64,000 bases of DNA from Elusimicrobia bacterium GWA2_56_46 (lineage in GTDB: Bacteria > Elusimicrobiota > Elusimicrobia > Elusimicrobiales > UBA9959), in assembly GCA_001799575.1 (NCBI GenBank), contig MGTT01000015.1:76801-140800 (forward strand). Direction: 5' to 3'. Both the position numbers and the translations under genes were made by a program. The notes beneath the pieces are model-generated. The model was not told the DNA's origin. It saw only the letters and a list, made by a program, of their open reading frames with translations, and searched no databases. Positions 33,239 to 43,212 of this stretch are shown piece by piece (the first letter of the stretch is position 1; each line of letters opens with the position of its first letter).

Positions 33239-35185
33239 TTATTCGTAGCGGAGGGCGTCTATGGGCGACAGCAGGGACGCTTTCTTCGCCGGCCAGAAGC
33301 CGAACACCACCCCCACCGTGGCTGAAAAACCGAACGCCAGGGCCACCGAGAAAGGCGAGATATAAACCGCCCAGCCGGAAATTCTGGACAGCAGGATGGA
33401 GGAACCCGCCCCCGCTATGATGCCCAGCAGGCCGCCGATGACCGAAATAATGACCGCCTCTATAAGGAACTGCAAAAGCACCGCCCGCCTGGTGGCGCCT
33501 ATGGCTTTGCGCAGACCTATTTCTTTCGTGCGCTCGCTTACGCTCACCAGCATGATATTCATGATGCCGATGCCGCCGACCATAAGGGAAATGCCGGCGA
33601 TGATGCCGAGGAGGGTGCTGAAAGTTTTTATAGTGCCGGTCAGCATGCTCTGGAGATCGGCCATGTTCATCAGCGAGACGTCGTCCTCTTTGTAGGCGGG
33701 GACGCCATGCCGCTTGCGCATCAGGGCCTTTATCTCATCCTGTACGGCGGGCATCAGCTTGTAATCCGAAACCTCCACCCAGATGGAGTCCACATACTGT
33801 TTGCCCAGCAGGATCTTCATGGCGGTATTCAGCGGCACGATAACGGTATCGTCCTGATCCTGAAAACCGGCCGCGCCCTTCATGGGCAGCACGCCGATGA
33901 CGGTGAAATTCTTCCTGTTGATCTTGATGCTCTTGCCTACGGGATCTTCCGCGCCGAAAAGCTGCGTGACCACGGTCTGGCCGAGCAGCGCGACCTTTCT
34001 AAGCTGCGTGTTCTCGTCTTCCGAGAAAAACCGGCCGTAATACGGCTCGGCGGCCCGCATCGAAGGATAGACCGCGGTCACGCCGGTGACGCGGCTGCGG
34101 TAATTCCTGGGCCCGTAAACCAGCTGGGCGGAGCCCTGCACATTGGAATCGGTTCTGGTCACGTTCGAAACCGACCTGGCCAGGGCTTTGGCGTCAGCCA
34201 GCGTCAGCCGGCTGACGGCGCCGCGGCCCAGCGACATCCCGCCCTGGCTGCGGTTGCCGGGTATCACCGCCAGCAGATTGGTGCCGAGCGAGGACATCTG
34301 TTTCTCTATGGCCCGCTGCGCCCCGGTGCCGACCGCGAGCATGGCGATAAGGGCGCCCACGCCGATGATTATACCGAGCATGGTCAGGAACGACCGGGTC
34401 TTGTTGCTGATTATGGAATTTATGGAAGAAGCCATGTTCTCGGAGACCTCAAGCCAGCTCAGAAAAAAAGACCTGGGAATGCGCAGATGCCCGTCCGTTT
34501 CCTTTTTAAGCGGCGCCTTTTTGACGAGATCCTCCACAACCAGGCCGTCCTTTACTTTGATGACCCGGTCGGCCCAGGCGGCGATCTCCGGCTCATGCGT
34601 GACAATGATAACGGTAATGCCCTGGTCGTTCAGTTTGCGGAAAATGGCCATGATCTCGCTGGACTGATCGGAGGCCAGATTGCCGGTGGGCTCATCGGCG
34701 AAAATTATTTTGGGAGCGTTGACCAGGGAGCGGGCTATGGCCACGCGCTGCTGCTGGCCGCCGGAAAGCTGATTGGGCTTGTGGCCGGCGCGGTCTCCCA
34801 GACCCACCTGCGCCAGATATTTACCGGCTTCCGCCGGCCGGGCTTTTTCTCCGAGGTAGATCTGCGGCAGAGCGACGTTGTCGGCGGCCGTGATCCTGGG
34901 CAGCAGATTGAACTGCTGGAAAACGAAACCTATGATGCGGGCCCTCAGGTAGGAAAGTTCCACGTCGTCCAGCTCGGAGATCTCGCGCCCGAAAAGTTTG
35001 TAAGACCCGGAACTGGGCCTGTCCAGGAGGCCCAGAATGTGCATCAGCGTGGATTTGCCGGAACCGGAAGGCCCCATGATGGCGACGAACTCCCCTTCTT
35101 TCACGGAAAGATCCACGCCCCTGAGCACCTCAAGAGGCTCGCCGCCCATCTGGTAGATCTTTTTTATCCCCTTAAGTTCGATCAT
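33239..35185 (-). CDS. macB: MacB-type ABC transporter, fused ATPase plus FtsX-like permease
   Basis: Walker [19 protein letters not shown]-terminal 4-TM FtsX domain. Confidence 0.9.
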   Translation of the reverse strand: MIELKGIKKIYQMGGEPLEVLRGVDLSVKEGEFVAIMGPSGSGKSTLMHILGLLDRPSSGSYKLFGREISELDDVELSYLRARIIGFVFQQFNLLPRITAADNVALPQIYLGEKARPAEAGKYLAQVGLGDRAGHKPNQLSGGQQQRVAIARSLVNAPKIIFADEPTGNLASDQSSEIMAIFRKLNDQGITVIIVTHEPEIAAWADRVIKVKDGLVVEDLVKKAPLKKETDGHLRIPRSFFLSWLEVSENMASSINSIISNKTRSFLTMLGIIIGVGALIAMLAVGTGAQRAIEKQMSSLGTNLLAVIPGNRSQGGMSLGRGAVSRLTLADAKALARSVSNVTRTDSNVQGSAQLVYGPRNYRSRVTGVTAVYPSMRAAEPYYGRFFSEDENTQLRKVALLGQTVVTQLFGAEDPVGKSIKINRKNFTVIGVLPMKGAAGFQDQDDTVIVPLNTAMKILLGKQYVDSIWVEVSDYKLMPAVQDEIKALMRKRHGVPAYKEDDVSLMNMADLQSMLTGTIKTFSTLLGIIAGISLMVGGIGIMNIMLVSVSERTKEIGLRKAIGATRRAVLLQFLIEAVIISVIGGLLGIIAGAGSSILLSRISGWAVYISPFSVALAFGFSATVGVVFGFWPAKKASLLSPIDALRYE

Positions 35186-35187
35186 AG

Positions 35188-36162
35188 TTAATGCAGCGCC
35201 CTGGCGGCGCTGCGCATGCCCGCGGGCCTCTTGGGCATAAGCGGGTTGACGCCTCCGGAGGCTTGCTGGGCTTTATAGCCTTTGCCCTGGAACATTACAG
35301 TCTCTCCTTCCTCCAGCCCTTTCACAACCTCGATCATGTTCCCCTGATCCAGTCCGGTCTCGATCTTTTTGTAAATCGGCTTCTTATTTTTCACCTCCGT
35401 TATAACCGCCGTGCTCCCCGCTGGGTCTATGACCACCGCGGAGGCGGGGATGAGCAGGGCTTCCCGCTGCCTGACCACTTCTATCTTTATATTGGCCGTC
35501 ATCTGCGATTTAAAAAAAGAGGGAACGGAATCGGGTTTTATCTTGACCGAGTAGGTGATGACATTGCTCTGGTTGGTGCCTTCGTCCAGGATCTGGAAAA
35601 CCCTGCCTTTGACCGGTTTGTCGGGATAGGAGTCAAGGACGATGAAAGCCGTCTGGCCTTCTTTGACCTTGCCCACATCGGATTCATCCACATTGGCGGC
35701 AAGGATGAGTTTGTCGGACATGGCGAACAGAACGGTGGACTGGCCGACGGTCTGACCTTCTACGATGTTTTTAAGAATGATGGTGCCGTCCAGCGGGGCC
35801 ACGATTTTTATAGGTTTATAGGCCTCCTGCCAGTATTTGTACTGCTCGTCGCCCATCGCGCGCGCGGCGTCCAGTATCGCCACCCGGTCGCTGGAGCTCA
35901 TAAGCGCCAGCACCTGGCCCAGCTTTATTTTATCGCCTTCTTCAACCAGGATCTTCTCTATCCTGCCGCCCGCGGAAGGCTGGATCTCCACCCGGTTCAG
36001 GGGCGCCACCGCGCCTGTAGTCTCCACGAATTCCGAAATGCTTTTTGCAATGACCGCGGCGCTGGAATATTTGACTTCGGACAGGGCGGTCTTCTTCCTG
36101 TAAAAATACCCCCCGCCGCCCAGCAAGGCGAGGACCGCGATAACAAGAAAGACTTTTTTCAT
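35188..36162 (-). CDS. macA: efflux periplasmic adaptor (MacA/HlyD family)
   Basis: N-terminal TM, biotinyl-lipoyl-like and beta-barrel segments; operon with macB. Confidence 0.8.
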   Translation of the reverse strand: MKKVFLVIAVLALLGGGGYFYRKKTALSEVKYSSAAVIAKSISEFVETTGAVAPLNRVEIQPSAGGRIEKILVEEGDKIKLGQVLALMSSSDRVAILDAARAMGDEQYKYWQEAYKPIKIVAPLDGTIILKNIVEGQTVGQSTVLFAMSDKLILAANVDESDVGKVKEGQTAFIVLDSYPDKPVKGRVFQILDEGTNQSNVITYSVKIKPDSVPSFFKSQMTANIKIEVVRQREALLIPASAVVIDPAGSTAVITEVKNKKPIYKKIETGLDQGNMIEVVKGLEEGETVMFQGKGYKAQQASGGVNPLMPKRPAGMRSAARALH

Positions 36163-36188
36163 AATTTTTTCCGGCTTTTCTGCTCGTC

Positions 36189-36259
36189 ATTCCCGCGTGC
36201 TTTTAGCGGGAATCCATAAATCTTTACTCAATGGATCCCGGCTAACAGATTGCCGGGAT
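36189..36259. repeat. REP-like hairpin pair
   Basis: ATTCCCGC-9 nt-GCGGGAAT and ATCCCGGC-9 nt-GCCGGGAT flanked by GTCAT/ATGAC; same class as 48655-48735. Confidence 0.55.
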
Positions 36260-36319
36260 GACGGGGTTACTGAATGCGTACGGTCACTATTCCTGAAACT
36301 CTACCCTAACCCCTATACC

Positions 36320-37582
36320 CTAGTCCAGCCCCACGCCCAGCAGCTTCTCCAGGGCGATCTTCCTGGTGTTGACGTTCAGCAGGAACTGTAACTGGTTAAG
36401 CTGGTTGTCCACCATGCTCTGTTCCACATTCTCCAGGTCTATAAAGCTGATCTTTCCGGCCATGTATTTTATCTGCGATTCCTTGTAACGCTCCTCATTG
36501 GCTTTGAGAACATTTACATTGGAGGCCGCCGTGTCGCGCGCGTTCAAAAAATCGTCGTAAGCGCTTATAATATCGTTCTCCAGCGATATTTTAAGATCCC
36601 TGAGGGATTCTTCCGCGCTCTTGAGCGCGGCCCTGGCCGCGCCCGTATTATTGGGATAAAAAGTTATGCCGTTGGCGAGGAGCGGCAGGCTCAGGCTGAG
36701 CCCCATGGACCAGCTCCTGTCGGAAGGGAATTCGCCTGGACCGCTCCAGTTAAGCGACTGATTGGCGTTCAGAGTAGGGAACAGATCGTATCTGGCCGAG
36801 AGGAGCTTCTGCCTCGCGCTCTCCACGCTTTTTTCAAAAGATATGACCTGGGGGATGTTTTCCAGTTTCGCCCTGATCTCCCCGGTGTTCAGCTCATATT
36901 CCGGCGGCTGGAGTCCGGCTTTGACGGTCACCTTGCGGTGCCCGGCGGAACCCATATTGCTCAGCAGGCCGCGGCGGGCGATATTAAGCGCCCGTTCGGC
37001 CTTTTGCGCGTCGGCTTTGGACAGATCCGCCAGGGCGGAAGCGTACAGCATATTGCCGCGGGACTCCATACCGCTGTCATACTTGAGCCTGATAAGCCTG
37101 GCATTTTCCCCGCGGATGATCATGATCTTGTTCTGCACGCTTACCCGCTCCTGCGCGACCACCAGGCCCACAAAAGCGGCATAGAGCGCGGCGCGCAGGG
37201 AGGCTGACTCTCCCCGATAATCCGCCGCGGCCTTTTCATAACTTATCCTGGAACTCTTTATGGAAGAAACAGCCTTGAGGTTAAAGACGGGCTCCGACGC
37301 GGAAAGCCCGAAACTCCAGCGATTGGAGGGCGAAACGCCGGTGCCGCCGCTGCGGCTGACGGAATGGGAGACGTTAACGCTGGGCAGGTAGGCGTTGTAG
37401 CCCGCCAGATAGAGGTATCTGTATTGTTCTATGGCCAGTTTTTTGGCTTTCAGGGCGGAGTTGCCGGCCAGGGCTTCCCTGACGCAGTCGTCCCACGAAA
37501 GTTCCTGAGCAGCGTCCTGGGCCGCCAAAGGCGTAATTAAGATTACCGCAAGCAGCAGCGGCGAAAATATTTTTTTCATCAT
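36320..37582 (-). CDS. tolC: TolC-family outer membrane efflux protein
   Basis: Signal peptide, two OEP repeats. Confidence 0.85.
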   Translation of the reverse strand: MMKKIFSPLLLAVILITPLAAQDAAQELSWDDCVREALAGNSALKAKKLAIEQYRYLYLAGYNAYLPSVNVSHSVSRSGGTGVSPSNRWSFGLSASEPVFNLKAVSSIKSSRISYEKAAADYRGESASLRAALYAAFVGLVVAQERVSVQNKIMIIRGENARLIRLKYDSGMESRGNMLYASALADLSKADAQKAERALNIARRGLLSNMGSAGHRKVTVKAGLQPPEYELNTGEIRAKLENIPQVISFEKSVESARQKLLSARYDLFPTLNANQSLNWSGPGEFPSDRSWSMGLSLSLPLLANGITFYPNNTGAARAALKSAEESLRDLKISLENDIISAYDDFLNARDTAASNVNVLKANEERYKESQIKYMAGKISFIDLENVEQSMVDNQLNQLQFLLNVNTRKIALEKLLGVGLD

Positions 37583-37635
37583 AAGGTGAACGCGGAAAGA
37601 GCGGCTTTATTGCATAAGGGCCGAAACTGTTTCCC

Positions 37636-38793
37636 CTATTTCAGCTTTTCCTGGCCGGAGAAATCGCGCTCCAGTCTGAAACCGGAAAGGATCTCAAGAT
37701 CCTCGGCGTTCTTTTCGCCCGCTATGACGGAAGCGAGGGCCGAACCGAGGCCGGGGCCCAGCATGAAACCCTGTCCGCACATACCAACGGCCAGAACATA
37801 GCCGGGCACGGCTTTGGGGAAGTCCACTATCGGAAAACCGTCGGGCGTCATGGGATAAAGACCGCGCCAGGTGCGGCGCACTTTGATCTCCGCCAGCGCG
37901 GGCATGAGGCTTATCATCCGCCGGGAAACTTCGGGCAGGAATTCGGAAGTGGAGCGCCTGTCGTCGCCCCAGACGGGAGGATTCGGCGTGAGGCAGAACA
38001 CGAGCTGTTCTTCGGAATTCTGGTAAAAATAATAATTTTTGGATTTATCTCCGGGCCGGATATCCACCACCATAGGCTCAAAGAATTTCCTCACCGGCTC
38101 GGTGACGCCCGCCTCATGGCAGTCCGGCCTCACCGGCACTTTGACCCCGGCCAGGATCGAGAGCCCGGCGGCCTGGGCGCCGGCGGCGTTTACTACGACG
38201 GCCGAACGGTACTCGCCCTTGGAGGTTCTGACCCCTTTAACGGCGCCGCCCTCTTTTATAAACCCGGTAACTTCCTCGTTAAAACGGAATCTGGCTTCGA
38301 GTTTCACCGCGCGGCGGTAAAAAGCGTTTATGGCCAACAGGGGAGAGGCGGAACCGTCGTCCGGGGAATAGGTTCCGCCGCGCAGATCCTTTTCCTCCAC
38401 GCCCGGCACTCGCTTTTTTACCTCTTCGGCGCTTATCCAGTTTATATTCAGGCCGAACTTCCGCTGAACTTTAAGCATCTCCCTGAGCATCATTTCGTCG
38501 TTTTCGGTGTAAACGGGGAACAGGTAGCCGCCTTTCACCCAGCCGAGATCCTCTCCGTATTTATTATGCCAGGTGGAAAAGATCTCCAGGCTCCGCAGGC
38601 AGGCTTTGATCTTGGAACCGTCGGAATGGGTGGCCCGGATACCGCCTATGGCGCATTTGTTCTGCCCCTGCCCGACCGAAGGCAAAGCGTCTACGACCAG
38701 GATCCGGAGTTTTTTTTCGGCCAGAAACATCGCCAGCGGAGCGCCGACGCTGCCCGCGCCTATGACAATAACATCGTATGTTTCAACAGACAT
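37636..38793 (-). CDS. FAD-dependent oxidoreductase (sarcosine oxidase beta / OoxB / DadA-like)
   Basis: DVIVIGAGSVGAPLAMFLA dinucleotide-binding motif. Confidence 0.8.
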   Translation of the reverse strand: MSVETYDVIVIGAGSVGAPLAMFLAEKKLRILVVDALPSVGQGQNKCAIGGIRATHSDGSKIKACLRSLEIFSTWHNKYGEDLGWVKGGYLFPVYTENDEMMLREMLKVQRKFGLNINWISAEEVKKRVPGVEEKDLRGGTYSPDDGSASPLLAINAFYRRAVKLEARFRFNEEVTGFIKEGGAVKGVRTSKGEYRSAVVVNAAGAQAAGLSILAGVKVPVRPDCHEAGVTEPVRKFFEPMVVDIRPGDKSKNYYFYQNSEEQLVFCLTPNPPVWGDDRRSTSEFLPEVSRRMISLMPALAEIKVRRTWRGLYPMTPDGFPIVDFPKAVPGYVLAVGMCGQGFMLGPGLGSALASVIAGEKNAEDLEILSGFRLERDFSGQEKLK

Positions 38794-38817
38794 AAACTCT
38801 CCGGATAATATAGAGGG

Positions 38818-40914
38818 TTAGAACCCGCTCCAGGAAGTTTTCTCCCCGGCCCCGGTACGGCATTTGACGTTGCTGAAAACGCCCAGCGGCGCCTCCACGA
38901 AAAGCGGCCGCTTCGAGAAACCGGTAACCTCCTTCAGATCCACGCCCTCGCTCTTGAAAATAGAAAGTATAAGGCTTTCGCAGGTCTTGGCTCCGCAGGC
39001 GCCCATGCCGGCGCGGGTGACGGCCTTGAGCTGGTTCATGTCGCGCACGCCGCTCCGTATTACGCGGCGTATCTCTCCCAGGCTCACCCGCTCGCAGCGG
39101 CAGATGATGGCGGAATCGTCCTGTTCTTTGACCGCGTCCGGAGCTTCCAGGGCCGCCTCGCGGTCAAAAAGCCGCACGGAAACGATCCTGTCCGCCGTCT
39201 CCGGCGCGGCCCTGACGATAATTATCATCGTGTTTTCGGCCTTGAAATCCTTTACGTCCGTAACTTCGGCGCTGCCGAGATCCTCGCCCTCCCAGCCGGT
39301 CAGGGCCACCGTGTCGCCTTTCTTAACGCGGCCGCGCTCTATCTCGAACGGCACCGCCACCGAGGGGCGGCGCTCGTCTTTGCGATAATCCACCAGGGTT
39401 ACCGCCAGGCCGGGGCAGATCAGCAGACATTTAAAGCACCCTATGCAGTCTCCCGAGAACTCGGGCACGGCCATGATGCTTTCTCCGGAAAGTTTTATGG
39501 CTTTTCTGGGGCAGACGGTGACGCAGGGATTGCAGGGGATCTCCTGGCGGCAATGCAGCACCGGGTAAACCTTGTGCTCATGCTTCTTCGCGGCCGGCGC
39601 GTACGTCCTGCCTGGGCGGGACTTGAGCGTTTCCAGCCGCTCGAACCAGAATTGCGGCACGTCTCCGGCCATGACGCCCAGGCTTTTAAGCACCTTATGG
39701 GAAACGATCTTGCCGCTGAACATGGCGGCTGAAGCCTCGGCTATCTCTTCGGCGTCGCCGCAGATGAAAGCGTTCATGCCGGCCTCAAGCGCCTGTTTAT
39801 GGAATTCGTTGACGGAATTAAGGCCTACGGCGATGAGCAGGGTGTCGACCTCGAACATTTTTTCCGTGCCGCCGACAGCCTTGAAACCGGCGTCCACTTC
39901 GGATATCGTCACGGTCTCCAGCTCTTTTTCGCCTTCCGCGCGCACGATAGTATGGCTGGTGTAGACCGGCACGCCCAGGCGTCTCAGTTTATCGGCGTGC
40001 ACTTTATAGCCGCCGCACTGCGGCAGCGCTTCTATCAGGCCCACCACCCGGATGCCGGCCTGGAGCGCGTGATAGGCCGCTATGATGCCGACATTGCCGC
40101 CGCCGACCACGAACAGTCTCTTGGACGGACGCACCAGATCGCGGTTGACCAGGGTCTGGAAAGCTCCGGCGCCGTAGACGCCGGGCAGGGTGTTGCCCGG
40201 AAAAGCGAGTGTCCTCTCCCTGGCCCCGGTGGCGCTCACCAGGGCTTTGGGGCGGATCAGATAATATCTGCCTCCGTACAACACTCCGACTTTTTTGTCC
40301 GAAAAAACGGCCAGGCAGACGGCGTTGAGCCATATTTTAACGGACGGGTATTCCTTAAGCTGTTCTTCCAGCTTATCGGCTATGTCTATACCGCGGGCGC
40401 CGGCGTAGCAGTCTTCCACCGAACCGAAAAATTTATGCGTCTGCAGTACAAGTTTGCCGCCCAGTTTATGCTTGTCGTCTATAATAAGCGTACCGACATT
40501 TAGTTTGCCGAGTTCCGCCGCCGCGGCCAGGCCGGACGGCCCGCCGCCGATTATCAGCGCGTCCACCTCCAGCTCCTCCACGCGGCCGGATTCCCGCGCG
40601 CAGGCGGTTTCGGGCAGCGCGGGGGAACCCTTGAGCGGCGCCAGCTTCATGCCTTCCCTGACCCTGGCCACGCAGGCCTTTACCGGCAGGCCGTCGGCGA
40701 TGACGGTGCATTGCGCGCATTGCCCGTTGGCGCAGAAAATACCCTGAGGGCTGGAGTCTTTCTTGTGCTCGCTGAAGATCTTTATGCCGTTGGAGAACAG
40801 GGCGCTGGAGATTACCTCGTCCTCAAAAGCCTCCAGGCCGCGGCCCTCGAAAAAGAATTTTATTTTCTTTTTTTCCGCTATAGGCAGAATGACGTGCCGG
40901 GTTATTCTTTCCAT
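38818..40914 (-). CDS. multidomain flavoprotein: 2Fe-2S domain, FAD/NAD pyridine-nucleotide-disulfide oxidoreductase, 2x[4Fe-4S] and BFD-like [2Fe-2S] (OoxA/HcnB/proline-dehydrogenase-alpha-like)
   Basis: CANGQCAQC, GGGPSGLAAA, CNPCVTVCP...CIGCFKCLLICP, CRCERV...CGAKTC. Confidence 0.75.
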   Translation of the reverse strand: MERITRHVILPIAEKKKIKFFFEGRGLEAFEDEVISSALFSNGIKIFSEHKKDSSPQGIFCANGQCAQCTVIADGLPVKACVARVREGMKLAPLKGSPALPETACARESGRVEELEVDALIIGGGPSGLAAAAELGKLNVGTLIIDDKHKLGGKLVLQTHKFFGSVEDCYAGARGIDIADKLEEQLKEYPSVKIWLNAVCLAVFSDKKVGVLYGGRYYLIRPKALVSATGARERTLAFPGNTLPGVYGAGAFQTLVNRDLVRPSKRLFVVGGGNVGIIAAYHALQAGIRVVGLIEALPQCGGYKVHADKLRRLGVPVYTSHTIVRAEGEKELETVTISEVDAGFKAVGGTEKMFEVDTLLIAVGLNSVNEFHKQALEAGMNAFICGDAEEIAEASAAMFSGKIVSHKVLKSLGVMAGDVPQFWFERLETLKSRPGRTYAPAAKKHEHKVYPVLHCRQEIPCNPCVTVCPRKAIKLSGESIMAVPEFSGDCIGCFKCLLICPGLAVTLVDYRKDERRPSVAVPFEIERGRVKKGDTVALTGWEGEDLGSAEVTDVKDFKAENTMIIIVRAAPETADRIVSVRLFDREAALEAPDAVKEQDDSAIICRCERVSLGEIRRVIRSGVRDMNQLKAVTRAGMGACGAKTCESLILSIFKSEGVDLKEVTGFSKRPLFVEAPLGVFSNVKCRTGAGEKTSWSGF

Positions 40915-40923
40915 GGGATATTC

Positions 40924-41283
40924 CTACTCAGTAACATCCACCATTATCGTATCGCCCTCTATCCTGACGGGATAGGTCCGCAGGCCGCGCGTGTCCAGCT
41001 CCGGCGCGGCGGGATCCGGGTATTTGCCGGCGGGCGCTTCCGGCACGGGGCCGCTCAGGGCTTCGCCGGTGAGGATATCGAACTGGGCATAATGCAGGGG
41101 GCAGGTGAGGATATACCCGGTAAGAGTCCCTCTTTCCAGATAGGCGCCGGCGTGGCCGCATTTCCGCGCCACGGCGTAGAACTTACCGTCGTAATTACAG
41201 ACGACCAGTTCCGCGCCGTTCAGCTTAACACCCAGCATACCGCCGGGCGCGAGATCGGAAACTTTGGCGGCTTCTATGAACAT
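40924..41283 (-). CDS. Rieske [2Fe-2S] domain protein
   Basis: CGH...CPLH Rieske motif. Confidence 0.8.
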   Translation of the reverse strand: MFIEAAKVSDLAPGGMLGVKLNGAELVVCNYDGKFYAVARKCGHAGAYLERGTLTGYILTCPLHYAQFDILTGEALSGPVPEAPAGKYPDPAAPELDTRGLRTYPVRIEGDTIMVDVTE

Positions 41284-41292
41284 AGTTAAGAT

Positions 41293-41646
41293 TCACTCTT
41301 TACGCTTTACGAACTTGCTAGGCGGAATCTGCTTCAGCGCGGACGGATCGGTCACGTCCTTGTGGACGAACAGCCCGCACCAGCAGCGTTTCATCGCGTC
41401 ATAATGCTCCCGGTGGAAAGGAATGCAGGGGCAGACTATTTTCATGTTCTCGGCCCGGTCCCGCGTACGCGCCTGACAGGGGCAGTAGGGTATGCCGTAC
41501 TGCCGCTGGAAAGTGACCTCGGCTTCCAGCAGGAATTCCACATCCTCTTCGGCGGGATTGAATTTATAGCCCAGCTTGTCCACTATGGGAGCGAACTGGA
41601 ACCGCAGGGCTTTTTTTCCGGCTTCCACGTTCATTTCTTTCCGCAC
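41293..41646 (-). CDS. ferredoxin-thioredoxin reductase catalytic-subunit-like protein
   Basis: CPC-x14-CPC-x13-CWC, resembling the CPC...CPC...CHC FTR motif. Confidence 0.7.
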   Translation of the reverse strand: MRKEMNVEAGKKALRFQFAPIVDKLGYKFNPAEEDVEFLLEAEVTFQRQYGIPYCPCQARTRDRAENMKIVCPCIPFHREHYDAMKRCWCGLFVHKDVTDPSALKQIPPSKFVKRKE

Positions 41647-41888
41647 CCCAGCAGGCGTTCGAATTCATCGGGGTCATAGCCCTGCACCACCTCTTCGCCT
41701 ATACAGACATAGGGGAAAGAACCGCCGCCGCCTTTCCCGCGCATCTCGGCCATTATGCGTTCCTGCTCGGCCTCGTCCGCCTTGTCGTAATCCACGGCCT
41801 CAAAAGAGATCTTCCGATCCTCAAAGAATTTCTTGGTCCGCTTGCACCAGAGGCAGGTGCTTAAAGCGTATATTTTTATTTTTTTCAT
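41631..41888 (-). CDS. glutaredoxin-like (thioredoxin-fold) protein
   Basis: MKKIKIYALSTCLWCKRTKKFF with a CxxC active site; start set at MKKIKIY. Confidence 0.75.
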   Translation of the reverse strand: MKKIKIYALSTCLWCKRTKKFFEDRKISFEAVDYDKADEAEQERIMAEMRGKGGGGSFPYVCIGEEVVQGYDPDEFERLLGCGKK

Positions 41889-41899
41889 AATCAGACCTT

Positions 41900-42214
41900 T
41901 CAGACCTTTACCAGGATATGCCCATCGGAGATCTTCCATTCATGTACGCGCAGGGAGATCTCCGGGGCGTCGAGAAAAACGCCGGTCCTTATGTCGAAAC
42001 GCCAGTCGTGGCAGGGACATTGCAGCGTATAGCCGTCCAGGCGCCCCCGGTACAGCGGGCAGCCCATATGGGGGCATTTATTGGCGACCGCGTAGAGCTC
42101 GTCCCCGGTTTTCCTTATCAGAAGCACCGGCAGGCCCTTGGGGAAAACGGCGGCCATGCCCTGCTCGCGCAGCGCCTCCGCTTTCAGAACCCGCACCCAG
42201 CCGCCGTCCGACAT
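41900..42214 (-). CDS. Rieske [2Fe-2S] domain protein (NirD-like small form)
   Basis: CPHMGC...CPCH motif. Confidence 0.8.
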   Translation of the reverse strand: MSDGGWVRVLKAEALREQGMAAVFPKGLPVLLIRKTGDELYAVANKCPHMGCPLYRGRLDGYTLQCPCHDWRFDIRTGVFLDAPEISLRVHEWKISDGHILVKV

Positions 42215-42311
42215 ACGCGCTCCTTCCGAGCCTGTTGCACCCGTGGAATTATGTTAACTCAAATACCGCCCGTGAATCAACTTCCGGATATATTGTAGAA
42301 TATAATCGTCC

Positions 42312-42386
42312 GGGTGGTTAGCTCAGCGGTAGAGCGCTGTCCTCACACGACAGATGTCACAGGTTCAAATCCTGTACCACCCACCA
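42312..42386 (+). tRNA. tRNA-Val: tRNA-Val (anticodon CAC), CCA encoded
   Basis: Cloverleaf drawn by hand: acceptor GGGTGGT/ACCACCC, anticodon stem CTGTC/GACAG with loop CTCACAC, T-arm ACAGG-TTCAAAT-CCTGT. Confidence 0.9.
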
Positions 42387-42397
42387 ATTTTTATCGG

Positions 42398-42455
42398 GAT
42401 ATACCGGCGATGGGGTTCGCCATAAACCGCCTCAACGGCTGATGACTCCTATAAT
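42398..42455 (+). promoter_or_regulatory. fluoride riboswitch (crcB motif)
   Basis: GGCGATGGGGTTCGCCATAAACCGCC...GGCTGATGACTCCTA matches the remembered crcB-motif core; CTCCT can pair with the crcB SD (AAAGGAG). Confidence 0.85.
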
Positions 42456-42479
42456 CGCGCATCAAAGGAGACTTTCAAT

Positions 42480-42860
42480 ATGTTGAGGCTTTTTTTATTG
42501 CTTGCGGGCGGGGGGGCGGGCACCGTCCTCCGTTACTGGCTCTCCACCATGACCTACCGCGCTTCCGGGGGGATCTTCCCCACCGGCACGCTGGCGGTGA
42601 ACCTCGGCGGATCGCTGGCTGTCGGCTGCCTGTGGGCGCTGTTCGAGAAAGGCGCGCTCACGCCCAACGCGCGGCTCTTTCTGCTGACGGGGCTGCTGGG
42701 CGGGTTCACCACGTTTTCCACGTTCACTCTCGAAAACTTTTCGCTTCTGCGGGACGGAGAACTGAAGCTGGCCGCGGCCAATGTCCTCGTAAGCAATGTA
42801 GCCGGGATCTTCCTGGTCTTCGCCGGCTTCAAGGGCGTAAATCTTATACTGCGGAGGTAG
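42480..42860 (+). CDS. crcB: fluoride channel CrcB/Fluc
   Basis: GGFTTFSTF motif, 4 TM. Confidence 0.9.
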   Translation: MLRLFLLLAGGGAGTVLRYWLSTMTYRASGGIFPTGTLAVNLGGSLAVGCLWALFEKGALTPNARLFLLTGLLGGFTTFSTFTLENFSLLRDGELKLAAANVLVSNVAGIFLVFAGFKGVNLILRR

Positions 42861-42861
42861 C

Positions 42862-43206
42862 ATGAAACTGCCTGAAAACGGAAAACTGCTCAGAATTTTT
42901 ATAGGCGAATCCGACAAGCACGGCGACAAGGCGCTTTACGAGGCCATCACTCTCAAGGCTCGGGAACTGGGCCTGGCCGGCGCCACCGTAGTCAGGGGCG
43001 TAATGGGCTTCGGCGCCGACAGCCGTATGCACACCGCCAAACTGCTGGAGCTCTCCGAAGATCTGCCGATGATCATAGAACTTGTGGATACCGGGGAGAA
43101 CCTGAACAAGCTGATGCCTTTTCTGGATGAAACCGTGACCGAGGGCCTGATAACGATAGAGGACGTTAAAGTGGTAAAATACCGGCACAGCACCGCGGAA
43201 AAATAA
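42862..43206 (+). CDS. DUF190 (PII-like) protein commonly linked to crcB
   Basis: LRIFIGESDKHGDKALYEAI...GATVVRGVMGFG. Confidence 0.8.
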   Translation: MKLPENGKLLRIFIGESDKHGDKALYEAITLKARELGLAGATVVRGVMGFGADSRMHTAKLLELSEDLPMIIELVDTGENLNKLMPFLDETVTEGLITIEDVKVVKYRHSTAEK

Positions 43207-43212
43207 ACGACT

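Noticed and set aside
33707-36219. 494-aa and 342-aa plus-strand ORFs (33707..35191 and 35191..36219)
   Set aside because: Antisense shadows of macB and macA. The second ends in the SFPRAFSGNP artefact created by the REP-like hairpin.
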